NCBI GenBank assembly: GCA_963806225.1
Contig: CAWDXG010000001.1
Coordinates: forward strand, 1,760,001 to 1,824,000
Origin: an uncultured delta proteobacterium
Lineage (GTDB): Bacteria > Myxococcota_A > Polyangia > Polyangiales > Polyangiaceae
DNA length: 64,000 nt
Direction: 5' to 3'
Part shown: positions 9,187 to 21,707 of the stretch, piece by piece
Position numbering within the stretch: the first letter of the stretch is position 1
Layout of the letters: each line of letters starts with the position of its first letter
The notes under the pieces: generated by a model
The model's database searches: none
The model's input: only the letters and a program-made list of their open reading frames with translations
What the model was told of the DNA's origin: nothing
Made by a program: the position numbers and the translations under genes

Positions 9187-9235
9187 TTGCGGATTTCCGC
9201 AATTCGAGGCTTGCCGAATGGTTGACGGCCGTCAA
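9187..9235. promoter_or_regulatory. Two palindromic sites upstream of the RiPP operon: TTGCGGA-TT-TCCGCAA (9187-9202) and TTGAC-GGCC-GTCAA (9222-9235, Crp/Fnr-box-like)
   Basis: Perfect inverted repeats read directly; the 5-4-5 geometry resembles the FNR/FixK consensus TTGAT-N4-ATCAA. Confidence 0.55.
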
Positions 9236-9392
9236 TCCGTATCTGGGCATCGACCGGCGCCTGGAACTGCCGCGCCGTGTCGCCGGTGCGAGGCGGGAAT
9301 GCGGGCACCCAGCCTGTCGGTTCCGCTTCCCGCGCCGCGAAAATAGCCCTGGGATTCCAGCTACTTGTCTTGGGCGCCCGGCACTGCCTGTC

Positions 9393-10952
9393 TCACGGCA
9401 TCGGGCGCGAGTGTTGCGACGGCGCTTCTGGAACCGAAGGCCAGCCGCCACTCCACCCCATCGCGTCCACGAGCAGATGGCGCTGGTCACCGGGGCCGTT
9501 GACCTGGCCGCTCTGCCAGGCGTGATAGACCATGACCGTGTTGCCGCCGGGCGTGTCGACGACTGAACAATGCCCGGGTCCCACCCACTTGCCGCCGGTC
9601 GTGAGGATCGGCGCGCCCGCCTTCTGGTAGGGACCGAGCGGCGAGCTCGAGCGCGCGACGCCGACCGCGTACGTCGCGTTGTAGTAGGCGTTGCCGCTGT
9701 ACAAGAGGTAGTAGGAGCCGCCGTGGGCGACGACCCAGGGGCCCTCCACGACGCTGCCTTCCCAGCTCCGGTCATTGACGATCAGCTGGACGCGCGAGCC
9801 CTTCAGGGCGGTGCCGCTTGCGGACAGCTGTTGGCCGTAGATGGGCGTCGGCTTTCCGACCGCGTTGCCGTCGGCCTTCCACACCACGTACGGCCGCCCG
9901 CTCGAGTCCGCAAACTCGCTGGGATCGATCATCCCCATGGCCGCGTCGTGCACCAGCGGCTGGCCGATGTCGGTGAAAGGGCCGAGCGGGCTCGACGCGG
10001 TGGCGGCGCCGACCGAGAGCTGGCCGTCCTTGTGGCGCGCGGTGAAGTAGGCGACGTAGTGGCTGCCGACCTTGTGGATCTCGGGCGCCCAGAAGTCGCT
10101 CGCCGCCCACGACGGCTTGCTCGCGGCGGGGAAGATCGCGCCGGCGGATTTCCAGTGCACGAGATCGGGCGAGGTCCGGAGCGGGAAGGCGTTGGCGGCG
10201 TTGCCGCTGGTGCAGGCGACGATGTACTGCTTGCCGTCGCGGATCACGCCGGGATCGGCGCAGCCGCCGGGAACGACCGGGTTCTGGTACAGGCCGCCGC
10301 AGCCCTCGTAGCGGAACGACATCGCGCACGTGCCGTTGAAGTGCGGCGCCCAGCCGTTGGACAGCGTCGCGTAGGACGTGGCGCCCTGGGTGACGCACGC
10401 GCGATCCCAGTACACGCGACCCGGCACGTCGTCGTAGTGGGCGGGATGGTTCGGTGCCGGGAGCCAGTTCTTGCCGTAGCTGATGCGCGTGGTGCACGCC
10501 GGCGCGCCGGGGCACGTCGTGTCGAGCGCCATCACGCAGGCGCTGTGCCCGGAGAAGTACGGCTTCCAGCCGTTCGAGAGCGTGGCCGTGGAGTTCTGGC
10601 CGTCGTCGGTGCACGCGCCGTCCCAGCTGACGCTGCCGGCAACGTCGTCGAACGCGTCGGGATGGCTTGCCGGATGGATCCAGGTGTCGCCGTAGCTGAT
10701 GCGCGTGGTGCACGGGCCAGAACCGCCCGCGCTCGAGCCCGCGCTGCCGCCCGCGCCGCCCGTCGCGGAGCCTTCGTTGCCCGCGTCTAGGTTGCCTCCC
10801 CCCGCGCCCGAGTCGGTCGAGGGCCAGCCCGCAAAGGAAGTGCCGTCGCTGGATGCGTCCATCGCGGGTGATTGCGAGCCGCCGCCGCTGCTGCATCCGT
10901 AGGCGAAAGCGACAGCAGAGGCGAAGCAAGCGGCAAGCCGCAGGGGGCGCAC
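9393..10952 (-). CDS. GH43 glycoside hydrolase lipoprotein with two tandem N-terminal Cys-containing domains
   Basis: Lipobox AYGC; GH43 motifs ADPGVI, FWAPEI, MIDPS, VEGPW, GPGHCS; duplicated CTTRISYG..ATLSNGW domain. Confidence 0.9.
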   Translation of the reverse strand: MRPLRLAACFASAVAFAYGCSSGGGSQSPAMDASSDGTSFAGWPSTDSGAGGGNLDAGNEGSATGGAGGSAGSSAGGSGPCTTRISYGDTWIHPASHPDAFDDVAGSVSWDGACTDDGQNSTATLSNGWKPYFSGHSACVMALDTTCPGAPACTTRISYGKNWLPAPNHPAHYDDVPGRVYWDRACVTQGATSYATLSNGWAPHFNGTCAMSFRYEGCGGLYQNPVVPGGCADPGVIRDGKQYIVACTSGNAANAFPLRTSPDLVHWKSAGAIFPAASKPSWAASDFWAPEIHKVGSHYVAYFTARHKDGQLSVGAATASSPLGPFTDIGQPLVHDAAMGMIDPSEFADSSGRPYVVWKADGNAVGKPTPIYGQQLSASGTALKGSRVQLIVNDRSWEGSVVEGPWVVAHGGSYYLLYSGNAYYNATYAVGVARSSSPLGPYQKAGAPILTTGGKWVGPGHCSVVDTPGGNTVMVYHAWQSGQVNGPGDQRHLLVDAMGWSGGWPSVPEAPSQHSRPMP

Positions 10953-11065
10953 GTCATCAGCGTGGACGTCGGGCTACGGTGGTGTCAAGCGGTGCAGGTC
11001 GTGCGGTGGTGCCTTCCCTGCAGTAGGATTAGGATGACGAAGCAGGGTCGACAGGGAGGCCTCTC

Positions 11066-12208
11066 TTGAGAAAGCTGTTCGCGTGGGCGGCGCAGCGCGC
11101 GGCGACGGTGCTCGCGATATCGGCCGTCGCGGGATGCGGAGGAACGGTGCGGAGCACCGGATCGCAGGGCGGCGGATCCATCGCCCGCTGCTCCACACCC
11201 AGATTCTGCCACCACGTGCAGCAGGTCGGATCGCCGCAGCAGGTCGATCTAGGGCCGATTGCCGACGGCAATGTGCAGCTCGGCAGCGGCGTGATGACGC
11301 AGCTGGGGCCGGTCGTGCCGTGGGGCGAACGCTCCTGTTGTTCAACGCCGAGCCAGGCCGCGGCGGGTTTTGCGCTGCTCGAGCAGCAGGCTTCGATGAC
11401 GATCTGGGGTCCCGCCACGGTGCCGGCGCCTTTCGTCGAGAGCCCGCTGCCGCTGTTCGCGCGGGGCAGCGAGATCGACGCGGTCGAGCCCGCCGGCAAC
11501 TACGACAAGGTCCATCGCTATTCCGTGCCGGCGCTGGACGAGCTGGGCGCGGTTGTCGCGGCGGCGCCTCTTCCGACGCCGCGGGCCGTTGGTGAGCGTG
11601 TGGTGTCGATCAGCGACGACCAGAGTGGCACCCACGTCGTACTGCTGGACGCATCGCTTTCGAAGGTGCTGGCGAGGCAGGACGACAGCGGATCGTCGGC
11701 TGCCCAGGCTACGTTGAGCCCAAGCTGCGAAGGGCTGGTCGGGACGGGCATCGACGGAGCCGCGCTGGTGAGCGTCGCCGTGGATGACACGGGGCTTGCC
11801 ACCCCGGCGCACACGCTGCTCGTGGACACGGGTGGCACCAAGGGAAGGCGGACCGCCGCCTGGGACGGCAGGGAGGTGGTGCTGACGGACGGGAAGCAGG
11901 TTCTCGAGCTCGACGCGCACGGCCTGGTTTTCGAGCAGACGACCCTTGCCGACCAGCCGCTCGCCGCGGCCGGAACCGACGACGGTCTGCTCGTTCTCGT
12001 CAACACCCCGGACGGTCTCGACCCCAAGCTCCTGCTCGTTGCCCGCGGCAGCGGCAAGGTCGTGAAGGATCTGGGCCTGGTCTATCTCGGCGGAATGTAC
12101 GCAGCGACCGCGCTTGCTGTCTCCGAACCGGGTCGCGTGTACTTCGCAGCGTCCTCGTACACAGCGCGCAACGCGGTGGTGTGGGTGGGCGTGGACTGCG
12201 GGTCGTAG
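11066..12208 (+). CDS. Hypothetical lipoprotein (beta-rich)
   Basis: Lipobox VAGC; coherent ORF filling the gap; no recognised motif. Confidence 0.6.
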   Translation: MRKLFAWAAQRAATVLAISAVAGCGGTVRSTGSQGGGSIARCSTPRFCHHVQQVGSPQQVDLGPIADGNVQLGSGVMTQLGPVVPWGERSCCSTPSQAAAGFALLEQQASMTIWGPATVPAPFVESPLPLFARGSEIDAVEPAGNYDKVHRYSVPALDELGAVVAAAPLPTPRAVGERVVSISDDQSGTHVVLLDASLSKVLARQDDSGSSAAQATLSPSCEGLVGTGIDGAALVSVAVDDTGLATPAHTLLVDTGGTKGRRTAAWDGREVVLTDGKQVLELDAHGLVFEQTTLADQPLAAAGTDDGLLVLVNTPDGLDPKLLLVARGSGKVVKDLGLVYLGGMYAATALAVSEPGRVYFAASSYTARNAVVWVGVDCGS

Positions 12209-12339
12209 CGTGTCCGCGGATTCGCGGATGTGAAGCTCCAGGGGCACATCGCGGGGGCGTGCACGAGGGCAGGGTGGCGGAGTCGTGTTGCGGCGGCGAG
12301 GCGTTCCCCGATGCCGCAGTCGTGGTAGGTCAGAGGGCG

Positions 12340-13248
12340 ATGTCGCGACGGTGGCGAGCGGTGCTGGCTTGCGTGCTCGGCTTTGCGTGCTCGAAGACGC
12401 ACAAGGCCCCGCCGCTTCCCGCTCCGCCGAGCGCAGCGGTGTCGAGAGCGGCGGCGAGTGCCGCGCCTTCCGCAAGCGCCGCCGCGCCCGCTGCGGGTCT
12501 GGTGCTCCATCTTGAACGGCAGATCGGCAAGAGTGGCGATGCGCTGTCCGCCGAGCTCTACCGCTACACCGGAGCCGCCAGCCACGGGCGCATGTGGGTC
12601 GCGCACGTCCGGCCGGGCAAGGCGCACATCCAGTTACTGCCCGTGCCGCGCCCGCGGCCGCTCGCCGACATCCTGAAGGGTCGCGAACCGCGCGGTGACT
12701 ACGTAGCGGTGAACGGCGGCTTCTACGACCAGGAGCGGCCCATGGGGCTGGTCGTTGCTGGCGGCAGCCCGGTTGCGCCGCTACGCGAGCGCGGCGGCTC
12801 GGGCGTGTTCTTCGTGGAAATGGGCCGCCCCGCTATCGTGCATCGCGACGCGTACAAGGCGAAGAAGCCGGCGCTCGCGCTGCAGAGCGTCGACCGGCTC
12901 GTCGACGGTGGGCGCGTGCTGGTCCGCGCGCGCCCCGGCCTGCGGCGCGATGCGCGCTCGGCCGTGGTCATCGATGCCGAGGGCGCGGTGCTGTTCGCTG
13001 TTGCCTTCGACGCGCAGGCGGCGTTTCCCCTGTCGGACGACGAGATCCGCATGAGCGCCGCGTCGACCACGTCTGGGCCGACGCTGCTCGAGTTCGCGAA
13101 GCTGCTCGTGGGCGATCTGCACGCGCGGACCGCGCTCAATCTGGACGGCGGCTCGTCCACGTCCATGCGCATCCGCATCGGCAAGGCGCATCTGGACGTG
13201 ATCGCGCGGCACGCGACGATCAACGTACTGGTGGCGGACCGGCGCTAG
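12340..13248 (+). CDS. Phosphodiester glycosidase (NAGPA/DUF2233) family lipoprotein
   Basis: AVNGGFYD, PMGLVV, ARSAVVI, ALNLDGGSST motifs; lipobox GFAC. Confidence 0.8.
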   Translation: MSRRWRAVLACVLGFACSKTHKAPPLPAPPSAAVSRAAASAAPSASAAAPAAGLVLHLERQIGKSGDALSAELYRYTGAASHGRMWVAHVRPGKAHIQLLPVPRPRPLADILKGREPRGDYVAVNGGFYDQERPMGLVVAGGSPVAPLRERGGSGVFFVEMGRPAIVHRDAYKAKKPALALQSVDRLVDGGRVLVRARPGLRRDARSAVVIDAEGAVLFAVAFDAQAAFPLSDDEIRMSAASTTSGPTLLEFAKLLVGDLHARTALNLDGGSSTSMRIRIGKAHLDVIARHATINVLVADRR

Positions 13249-13524
13249 CCGGGCGGGGCAGGGCAGCGCGAGCGCTGCGTGCGGTGGATGTGGAGCGGCT
13301 GCCAGGCCCTCCCGAAGCTTCCGGCCCTATTCGTCGTTCTTGCTTGTTCCGCCCGCTTGCGCTAGAAGCCCCCCCACCACGTCTTCGACCGGCGAGCTCG
13401 CTCGCGGCGCGGGGACTCCCCGAATGCCTGGCGACGAAACTGCCGGCGGTCGGACGTGGCCACACGGCGGATTTGCGACTGTGTGATGTGTTTCCGGCCT
13501 GTCCGGAAGAAAGAACCGATCTAC

Positions 13525-14781
<1,257 letters not shown>

Positions 14782-14800
14782 CCCGCGCCCCGAACGATAG

Positions 14801-14837
14801 GAGCCCACCGCCGCTGTCGCGACGGTGGGCTCTTTTT
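14801..14837 (+). terminator. Rho-independent terminator between convergent helicase and RRM genes
   Basis: GAGCCCACCG..CGGTGGGCTC stem followed by TTTTT. Confidence 0.85.
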
Positions 14838-14855
14838 CTATCGGTTGTGCGTCGC

Positions 14856-15182
14856 TCAGCGACGGAAGCGACCGCCGCCGCCGCCGCCGCCGCCACCGCG
14901 GCCGCCGCCGCCACCACCGCCACCACCGCGAGCGGGGCGATCGTTCGCCTCGTTGACGCGGATGGAGCGACCGTCGAGCATCTGCCCATCCATCTCCTGG
15001 ATCGCGCGCTGGGCGGACCCGGAATCGTCGTAGGTCACGAAGCCGAAGCCCCGTGAGCGACCAGTTTCACGATCGGTAACGACCTTGGCCTCGACGATTT
15101 CTCCGAAACCTTCGAAGGCCTCACGGAGGCCGTGATCGTCCGTCCCCCACGCTAGACCACCAACAAACAACTTGTTTCCCAT
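14856..15182 (-). CDS. RRM-domain RNA-binding protein with Gly-rich tail
   Basis: RNP2 KLFVGGL, RNP1 RGFGFVTY, RGG/poly-Gly tail. Confidence 0.95.
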   Translation of the reverse strand: MGNKLFVGGLAWGTDDHGLREAFEGFGEIVEAKVVTDRETGRSRGFGFVTYDDSGSAQRAIQEMDGQMLDGRSIRVNEANDRPARGGGGGGGGGRGGGGGGGGGRFRR

Positions 15183-15239
15183 GTCTCTTCTCTTCTGTCT
15201 CTCTCTCACCCGAACGAGTCGCGCGCTGCAACGACAGCG

Positions 15240-15548
15240 CTACCCCTCGTCCGTTGGATCCTTGGTAAAGCCGCGGCGGCGCGAGCTGCGCCGTGTGCTC
15301 CGGCTCGCGTTCCAGCACGCACGCGCGGCGGCGTAGACGGCCCGCGCGATCGCTTCGTGCTCGTCATCCGGTGTCCGGTGCTCGCCGATGATGCGGACCG
15401 CGAGTGCGCGCGCCTCGGACAGCGTGCCCGGCCACATGCCCACGTCCCGCCCATCCGCCTCGAGCCCGATGCGGACTGCATCGGCCCATGACTTCCCGGC
15501 CGCTTGTGCGGCGAGAGCTAGGGTGCTGGAAGCGTTGGCGCGGGACAT
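15240..15548 (-). CDS. Small hypothetical protein
   Basis: Protein-like core WPGTLSEARA..ARAVYAAARACW; start uncertain. Confidence 0.5.
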   Translation of the reverse strand: MSRANASSTLALAAQAAGKSWADAVRIGLEADGRDVGMWPGTLSEARALAVRIIGEHRTPDDEHEAIARAVYAAARACWNASRSTRRSSRRRGFTKDPTDEG

Positions 15549-15821
15549 CGAGCGAGCAGAGCACGCTTCGTCCACACACACTGGCTACCGGAGAGTGGGC
15601 GAAGGAGGGCGGACCCTCCACGGCTACGGGGCAAGGTGTGGCACGGCGACTCCGGGGGCGCAATGTCAAACGACGTCGGTGAATTCTGCCGTGACAGGGC
15701 GCTGACGCGCGTGGTCCAGCCAGGCAGGCGGCGCGCGCAGCTGCTGCCGCCGCGGCCTGTGGACAACGCAGCGCCTGCGCAACGGGCGTGGCAGGACGCG
15801 ACGGTGCGACGTCGGATCTGC

Positions 15822-15837
15822 TGGCGCGCGGTTTGCA
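15822..15837 (+). promoter_or_regulatory. Sigma54 (-24/-12) promoter of the aldehyde dehydrogenase operon
   Basis: TGGCGC-GCGGT-TTGCA matches TGGCAC-N5-TTGCW with exact GG/GC spacing, 42 bp before the ATG. Confidence 0.75.
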
Positions 15838-15879
15838 ACCCATCGCGCTCCCAACCCGAACCCACAGGGGGACCACGCG

Positions 15880-17400
<1,521 letters not shown>

Positions 17401-17407
17401 AGTCGAG

Positions 17408-17746
17408 ATGTCCGACGAGCCACAGGTCGTGGCGACTGAAGCCGCCGTCCGGCTGATCCGGAAGTTGAGGGAGGATCACGGTCCCCTGATGTTCCATCAG
17501 TCGGGCGGCTGCTGCGACGGCAGCGCTCCGATGTGCTACCCGCAAGGCGAGTTCCGCATCGGAGCGCGTGACGTCCTGCTCGGCGAAGTCGACGGCACGC
17601 CCTTCTACATCGGCGGTGACCAGTACGAGCTGTGGAAGCACACCCGGCTCACCCTGGACGTCGTCCCCGGCCGCGGCGCGGGCTTCTCGTTGGAAGCGCC
17701 GGAGGGGATGCGCTTCATCATCCGGTCGGACGTGTGCGCGGTGTAG
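17408..17746 (+). CDS. DUF779 family protein
   Basis: HGPLMFHQSGGCCDGSAPMC..WKHT..DVVPGRGAGFSLE; usual partner of AldB-type genes. Confidence 0.92.
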   Translation: MSDEPQVVATEAAVRLIRKLREDHGPLMFHQSGGCCDGSAPMCYPQGEFRIGARDVLLGEVDGTPFYIGGDQYELWKHTRLTLDVVPGRGAGFSLEAPEGMRFIIRSDVCAV

Positions 17747-18019
17747 CGGGCGGGTGGCCTGCCGCGTATTGTCCGGCGCGGCGGGCAGCGGCCGCGCGCA
17801 TCGAGCCGCAATCCCGGGGGCCAGAGCGCCCAGATCCCCTCCGGGCGGGCCTCCATCGGCTTTCGAGACTCGCCGCGCGTCTGTTTCGGTGCTAGGAATA
17901 GGGGGTCGCTACGCGGTTCGGCCAGAGGGCCGCGCGTGTTGGCGATGCAGCGATGTCCCCGCCGACGCATGGCGCGCCCGGCGGCCGCACGCTGGTATGT
18001 GGCGAAGGAGCGTCATTGC

Positions 18020-18994
18020 ATGACCCAGGCACTATCGGACGAATCCACTGATCTGGCTGTCTTCGAGCACAAGAAGCGGCGCGAATGGGGCCTCGCCGTG
18101 CTCGCCTGGGAGCACCGCGACAAGCGCGGCTACGTCTTCGAAAATGGCCAGCTCCGGGTCCTGGTGCAGGCGTTTTTCTCGATGATGCGCCAGGTGGATC
18201 GCCCGACAGAAGAGGTCCGGGCCCTGCACGAGACGCTCCGGCCGGAGCTCGATGCGGCGCGAGCCGAGATGGGTGCGGTCACCCAACCCGCGCAACGCAA
18301 GTCGACCTCGCCCGTCTCGTTCGACGATCAGCTGGCGCGCTTCCACGCCACGTTCCCGAACGGGTTCAAGGACGACGCCTGGATCCAGCAGCACCGTGGA
18401 GCTACGGCGTCCCGGCGGGTCGGCGCCCATCGCGATCCGTCCGTCGAAGAAGCCCAGCAGCAGCTCGACCCGGCCGTGCTCGACAAGAGGCTGGCCGGTG
18501 ACGAGTACCGGGCCATCTACGACAGCGTGCTGGCTCTACTCGGACGTACCGATCTCGTCCCGGCAGCAGAGCTCGCCGTGCTGCGAGGCGCGGAGCCAGG
18601 CAACCAGCGAGCGCTGGCGCTCATGGTGGCGGAGCTGGTGCACGGCTCCGGCGAGGCAGGGTCGCGGCTCGATCATTTCGTCACGGCCTTCCACAGGACG
18701 TTCGGCAAGCCGCCGGGGTGGCAGCTTGCCACTGCGCTGCCGGCCCTGTACGCGCCGGACGAGTGGATCGTCGTGCGGCCGGCGATGTTCCGCACGCAGG
18801 CAAAGCGGATGGTGCCCGGATTCTCGCTGCCGAAGACGCCGGGAGCCGCTCCCTACCGGCGCTGTCTCGCGATGGCGCAGAACGTCCGCGCCCGGCTCGA
18901 GGAGCGCGAGGAGGCGCCGCGCGACCTGCTGGATGTCTACGACTTCATGCGCGAATCGCTGCGGTCGAGCTCGAAGCGAGCCGCGGCGAAGTAG
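18020..18994 (+). CDS. Hypothetical protein (small N-terminal beta domain, DUF3553-like, plus helical domain)
   Basis: FEHKKRREWGLAV..YVFENG; FHATFPNGFKD; PRDLLDVYDFM. Family resemblance from memory only. Confidence 0.65.
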   Translation: MTQALSDESTDLAVFEHKKRREWGLAVLAWEHRDKRGYVFENGQLRVLVQAFFSMMRQVDRPTEEVRALHETLRPELDAARAEMGAVTQPAQRKSTSPVSFDDQLARFHATFPNGFKDDAWIQQHRGATASRRVGAHRDPSVEEAQQQLDPAVLDKRLAGDEYRAIYDSVLALLGRTDLVPAAELAVLRGAEPGNQRALALMVAELVHGSGEAGSRLDHFVTAFHRTFGKPPGWQLATALPALYAPDEWIVVRPAMFRTQAKRMVPGFSLPKTPGAAPYRRCLAMAQNVRARLEEREEAPRDLLDVYDFMRESLRSSSKRAAAK

Positions 18995-18995
18995 G

Positions 18996-19352
18996 TCACT
19001 CGGTCTCGACGACCTCGGTGCGCACCTGATCGAGCGTCGCCGATAGCTCCTCCCGCGCCTTGTCGCGCCCGGAACCGGCTGCCTTGACGTAGGCGAGGTA
19101 GGCGGTTTCGAGCCGGCGCATCGCGTCGGTGAGCGCGCTCACCCGGACAGCGTCCCTCGGGTTGCCGTTGAACACGCCCGAAGCCAGACGATCCGCAGCG
19201 CCCAGCCGTGCCATCAGCTGCGACGCGCTGTTCTCGAGCGGCAGCGGCGGAGCTTCGGCCGGATCCCAGGAAGAGACGCGGAGCGTGGCGTCGAGGGACT
19301 CGACGAGCTCCTCCAGGGACTTGTGGAAAACGGTGACTCGTCTGTCTTTCAT
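18996..19352 (-). CDS. Hypothetical helical protein
   Basis: MKDRRVTVFHKSLEELVESLD..; amphipathic helices; stop abuts the convergent gene. Confidence 0.65.
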   Translation of the reverse strand: MKDRRVTVFHKSLEELVESLDATLRVSSWDPAEAPPLPLENSASQLMARLGAADRLASGVFNGNPRDAVRVSALTDAMRRLETAYLAYVKAAGSGRDKAREELSATLDQVRTEVVETE

Positions 19353-19544
19353 CTGGCTCGCCCGACGACCTGGCGGGCTGGCATCCGCCGCTCGCCTCTC
19401 CAGGATGCGGAAGAACCTCCCGCACATCACGCGGGGCATCTTCCCCCGAGCGGGGGAGCTACGCCTTCGTGAAGGACCGCAGTCTAGCGAGAACCCGGGA
19501 GTCCGCAAGCGATCATGCGTTGTCGCGCCGATCCATCGCGTGCG

Positions 19545-20261
19545 TCACGCCAGTGTGGCCGCCGCAATCCGGATCGCTGCGGGGGCGTTGTCGGTGATCA
19601 TGGCGCCGTGCGAGACGACCACACGCGCGAGATCGGGCGTTTCAGCAAGGCGCTCGAGATGGGCGCGGAGCGCGGCCCGGTCCTTGGCGACAAACCAGCG
19701 CACGAGGCGCGAGACGCGCGGGCCGCCAGTGGATTGGGTGACATGCTTGAACACGAATCCCGTGAATCCGCGCATGTCTTTCATGTTGAAAATGACGTCG
19801 TTGAACACCAGCGTGCTGCCGCCGGGGCTCTTCACGATCATCACGCCTTCGCGCGCGGCGGCGCCGTCGAGCGTGACGAACGAGACCGCGTCATCGGCGG
19901 GAAAGTCGTCGTAGGTCCCATCGACGCGCACGACCTCTTCCACCTTCTTCCGGGCGCCGGCCGGACAGTAGACGCGCGCCTCCGGGTAGCGCGCGACGAA
20001 CGCCGGCGCGTCCAATCGGTGGTAGCCGTTCGGAACGACGATGGCCGTCACCTTGCCCCAATCGTCGACGCGCTTCATCGAAGCGTTGTCGAGCGGCACG
20101 CCGTTGTGCACGACGATGCCCCCGTCCGCGCGCTTCGCGAGCGTCATCACCCGCTTGAGCGGCATGTTGCCGAGCGTGCCGACCACCCGCCACAGGTTTT
20201 CGTCCAGCTCGTCGATCGGATCGTGCGGAAGCACCGTCCAGCTGCGGTTCGCTTTGGGCAT
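19545..20261 (-). CDS. DUF4336-like / metallo-beta-lactamase-fold protein
   Basis: RVMTLAKRADGGIVVHN, IVVPNGYHRLD, LVFNDVIFN, VVSHG. Confidence 0.75.
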   Translation of the reverse strand: MPKANRSWTVLPHDPIDELDENLWRVVGTLGNMPLKRVMTLAKRADGGIVVHNGVPLDNASMKRVDDWGKVTAIVVPNGYHRLDAPAFVARYPEARVYCPAGARKKVEEVVRVDGTYDDFPADDAVSFVTLDGAAAREGVMIVKSPGGSTLVFNDVIFNMKDMRGFTGFVFKHVTQSTGGPRVSRLVRWFVAKDRAALRAHLERLAETPDLARVVVSHGAMITDNAPAAIRIAAATLA

Positions 20262-20345
20262 GGGTGGAGGGTAGCCGCTCGGGCCGCGGTAGGCGACCGC
20301 AGCGACCGGCCGGTGCAAGGCGCGGCGCCGGGGTGCGGGCAGCGG

Positions 20346-21647
20346 CTACGCCTGGGCCACGCGCTTGAGCAGCGCAAGCAGTGCGTCTGTCGGCATCGCT
20401 GGGGTCGCCACGGCGTCGGCGCCGCCTGCCTGGGCCAGAGCGCGGACCTCCTGCGTGTCCTGCGACGCCACCACGACTATCTTCGTCTTTTCCGGGCTGG
20501 ACCCGGCGCGGATGCGACGACCCAGGTTGGAGTCCGGCGCGCCGCCCAGTGTGCGCTGGCAGAGTACGATGTCCGACGCGGATGCACGGTCGAGCGCTTC
20601 CCGGGTGCTCCCGGCTTCCTCCACGCTGAAGTGTGGTTCGAGCTTGGCGCGAAGTACCGCGCGTACCGTCCGCGACTCGTGCACGATGAGCAGCCGCTGC
20701 GGGGTCGTCGGCGGGGTCTGCGCCTCCAGCGAGGCCAGTGTTGCCGCGAGCATCTCCGCCGGTGAGCTGCCCACCGGGATGAAGCGGGAGAGGGCGTCGG
20801 CGACAAAAAGCGCGCGTTGTGGGCGCTTTTCGGGGTCCTTGGAGAGCAGCATTCCCACGATATCGTCCAGCTCTGCCGGCACATCGGGGTTGTGTTGCGA
20901 CGGGGGCGGGGGCGTATGGCTCAGGACCCGCGCGACGGTCTGCGTCTCGCTTTCGCCGCGGAACGGCGTGACGCCGGTCAGCATGCTGTAGAGCACCGCG
21001 CCGAGCGAGAAGACATCGGTCATCGCGTTGGCCGTAGCGGACTGGATTGCCTCGGGCGCCATGAACGGCAGCTTCCCCTTGACGATGCCGCTGCCGGCGG
21101 CAGTCGTCGCGAGCCGGGCGCGGGCCCGCGCGATCCCGAAGTCCGCGAGCTTCACTTCTCCTTCGTGCGAGAGAAGGATGTTGGAAGGGGTCACGTCGCG
21201 ATGCACGACCTGCAGCGGCGTGCCGTCGCTGCCGCGTTTGCGGTGCGCATAGTCGAGTGCCCGCGCGACCTCCGCCGCGACGTGAACGGATTCCACGAAG
21301 GACAGCAGGCGCGAGCGCTGCTGGAGCCGATGCAGCGCTGTATGGAGGCTCGGGCCGTCGACGTATTCCAGCACGAGGTAGTGCTGCCCCTCCGAGACCC
21401 CGAACTCGATCACCTGGACGATGTTGCCGTGGAAGAGCTGCGAGGTGATGCGGGCTTCGTCGCGGAACATCGACACGAAGTCGGTGTTTCCGGTGTGCTG
21501 CGGGAGGATGCGCTTGATGACGACGTCCTTTGCGAAGCCGTCGGCGCCACGGAGCTTGCCGAGGAACACCTCGGCCATCCCGCCCATGGCGAGTCGCCGC
21601 GTGATCTCGTACTGCCCCAGACGCTGGGGGGCCTCAGTGGTGAGCAT
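20346..21647 (-). CDS. Hanks-type Ser/Thr protein kinase with C-terminal pseudo-receiver domain
   Basis: LAMGGMAEV, VIKRI, HRDVTPSN, DFGIA, FMAPE, DVFSLG; C-terminal REC fold lacking the Asp and Lys consensus. Confidence 0.92.
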   Translation of the reverse strand: MLTTEAPQRLGQYEITRRLAMGGMAEVFLGKLRGADGFAKDVVIKRILPQHTGNTDFVSMFRDEARITSQLFHGNIVQVIEFGVSEGQHYLVLEYVDGPSLHTALHRLQQRSRLLSFVESVHVAAEVARALDYAHRKRGSDGTPLQVVHRDVTPSNILLSHEGEVKLADFGIARARARLATTAAGSGIVKGKLPFMAPEAIQSATANAMTDVFSLGAVLYSMLTGVTPFRGESETQTVARVLSHTPPPPSQHNPDVPAELDDIVGMLLSKDPEKRPQRALFVADALSRFIPVGSSPAEMLAATLASLEAQTPPTTPQRLLIVHESRTVRAVLRAKLEPHFSVEEAGSTREALDRASASDIVLCQRTLGGAPDSNLGRRIRAGSSPEKTKIVVVASQDTQEVRALAQAGGADAVATPAMPTDALLALLKRVAQA

Positions 21648-21707
21648 GAGCCCCCCAGGATAGCGCATGCACCGTCCGGCGCCTTCGACTTCGTCCCTTC
21701 ATCCCGA

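Noticed and set aside
14866..14930. (CCG)n microsatellite-like tract
   Set aside because: Encodes the poly-Gly tail of the RRM protein.
15639..15655. Second sigma54 site (TGGCACGG..)
   Set aside because: No GC at the -12 position.
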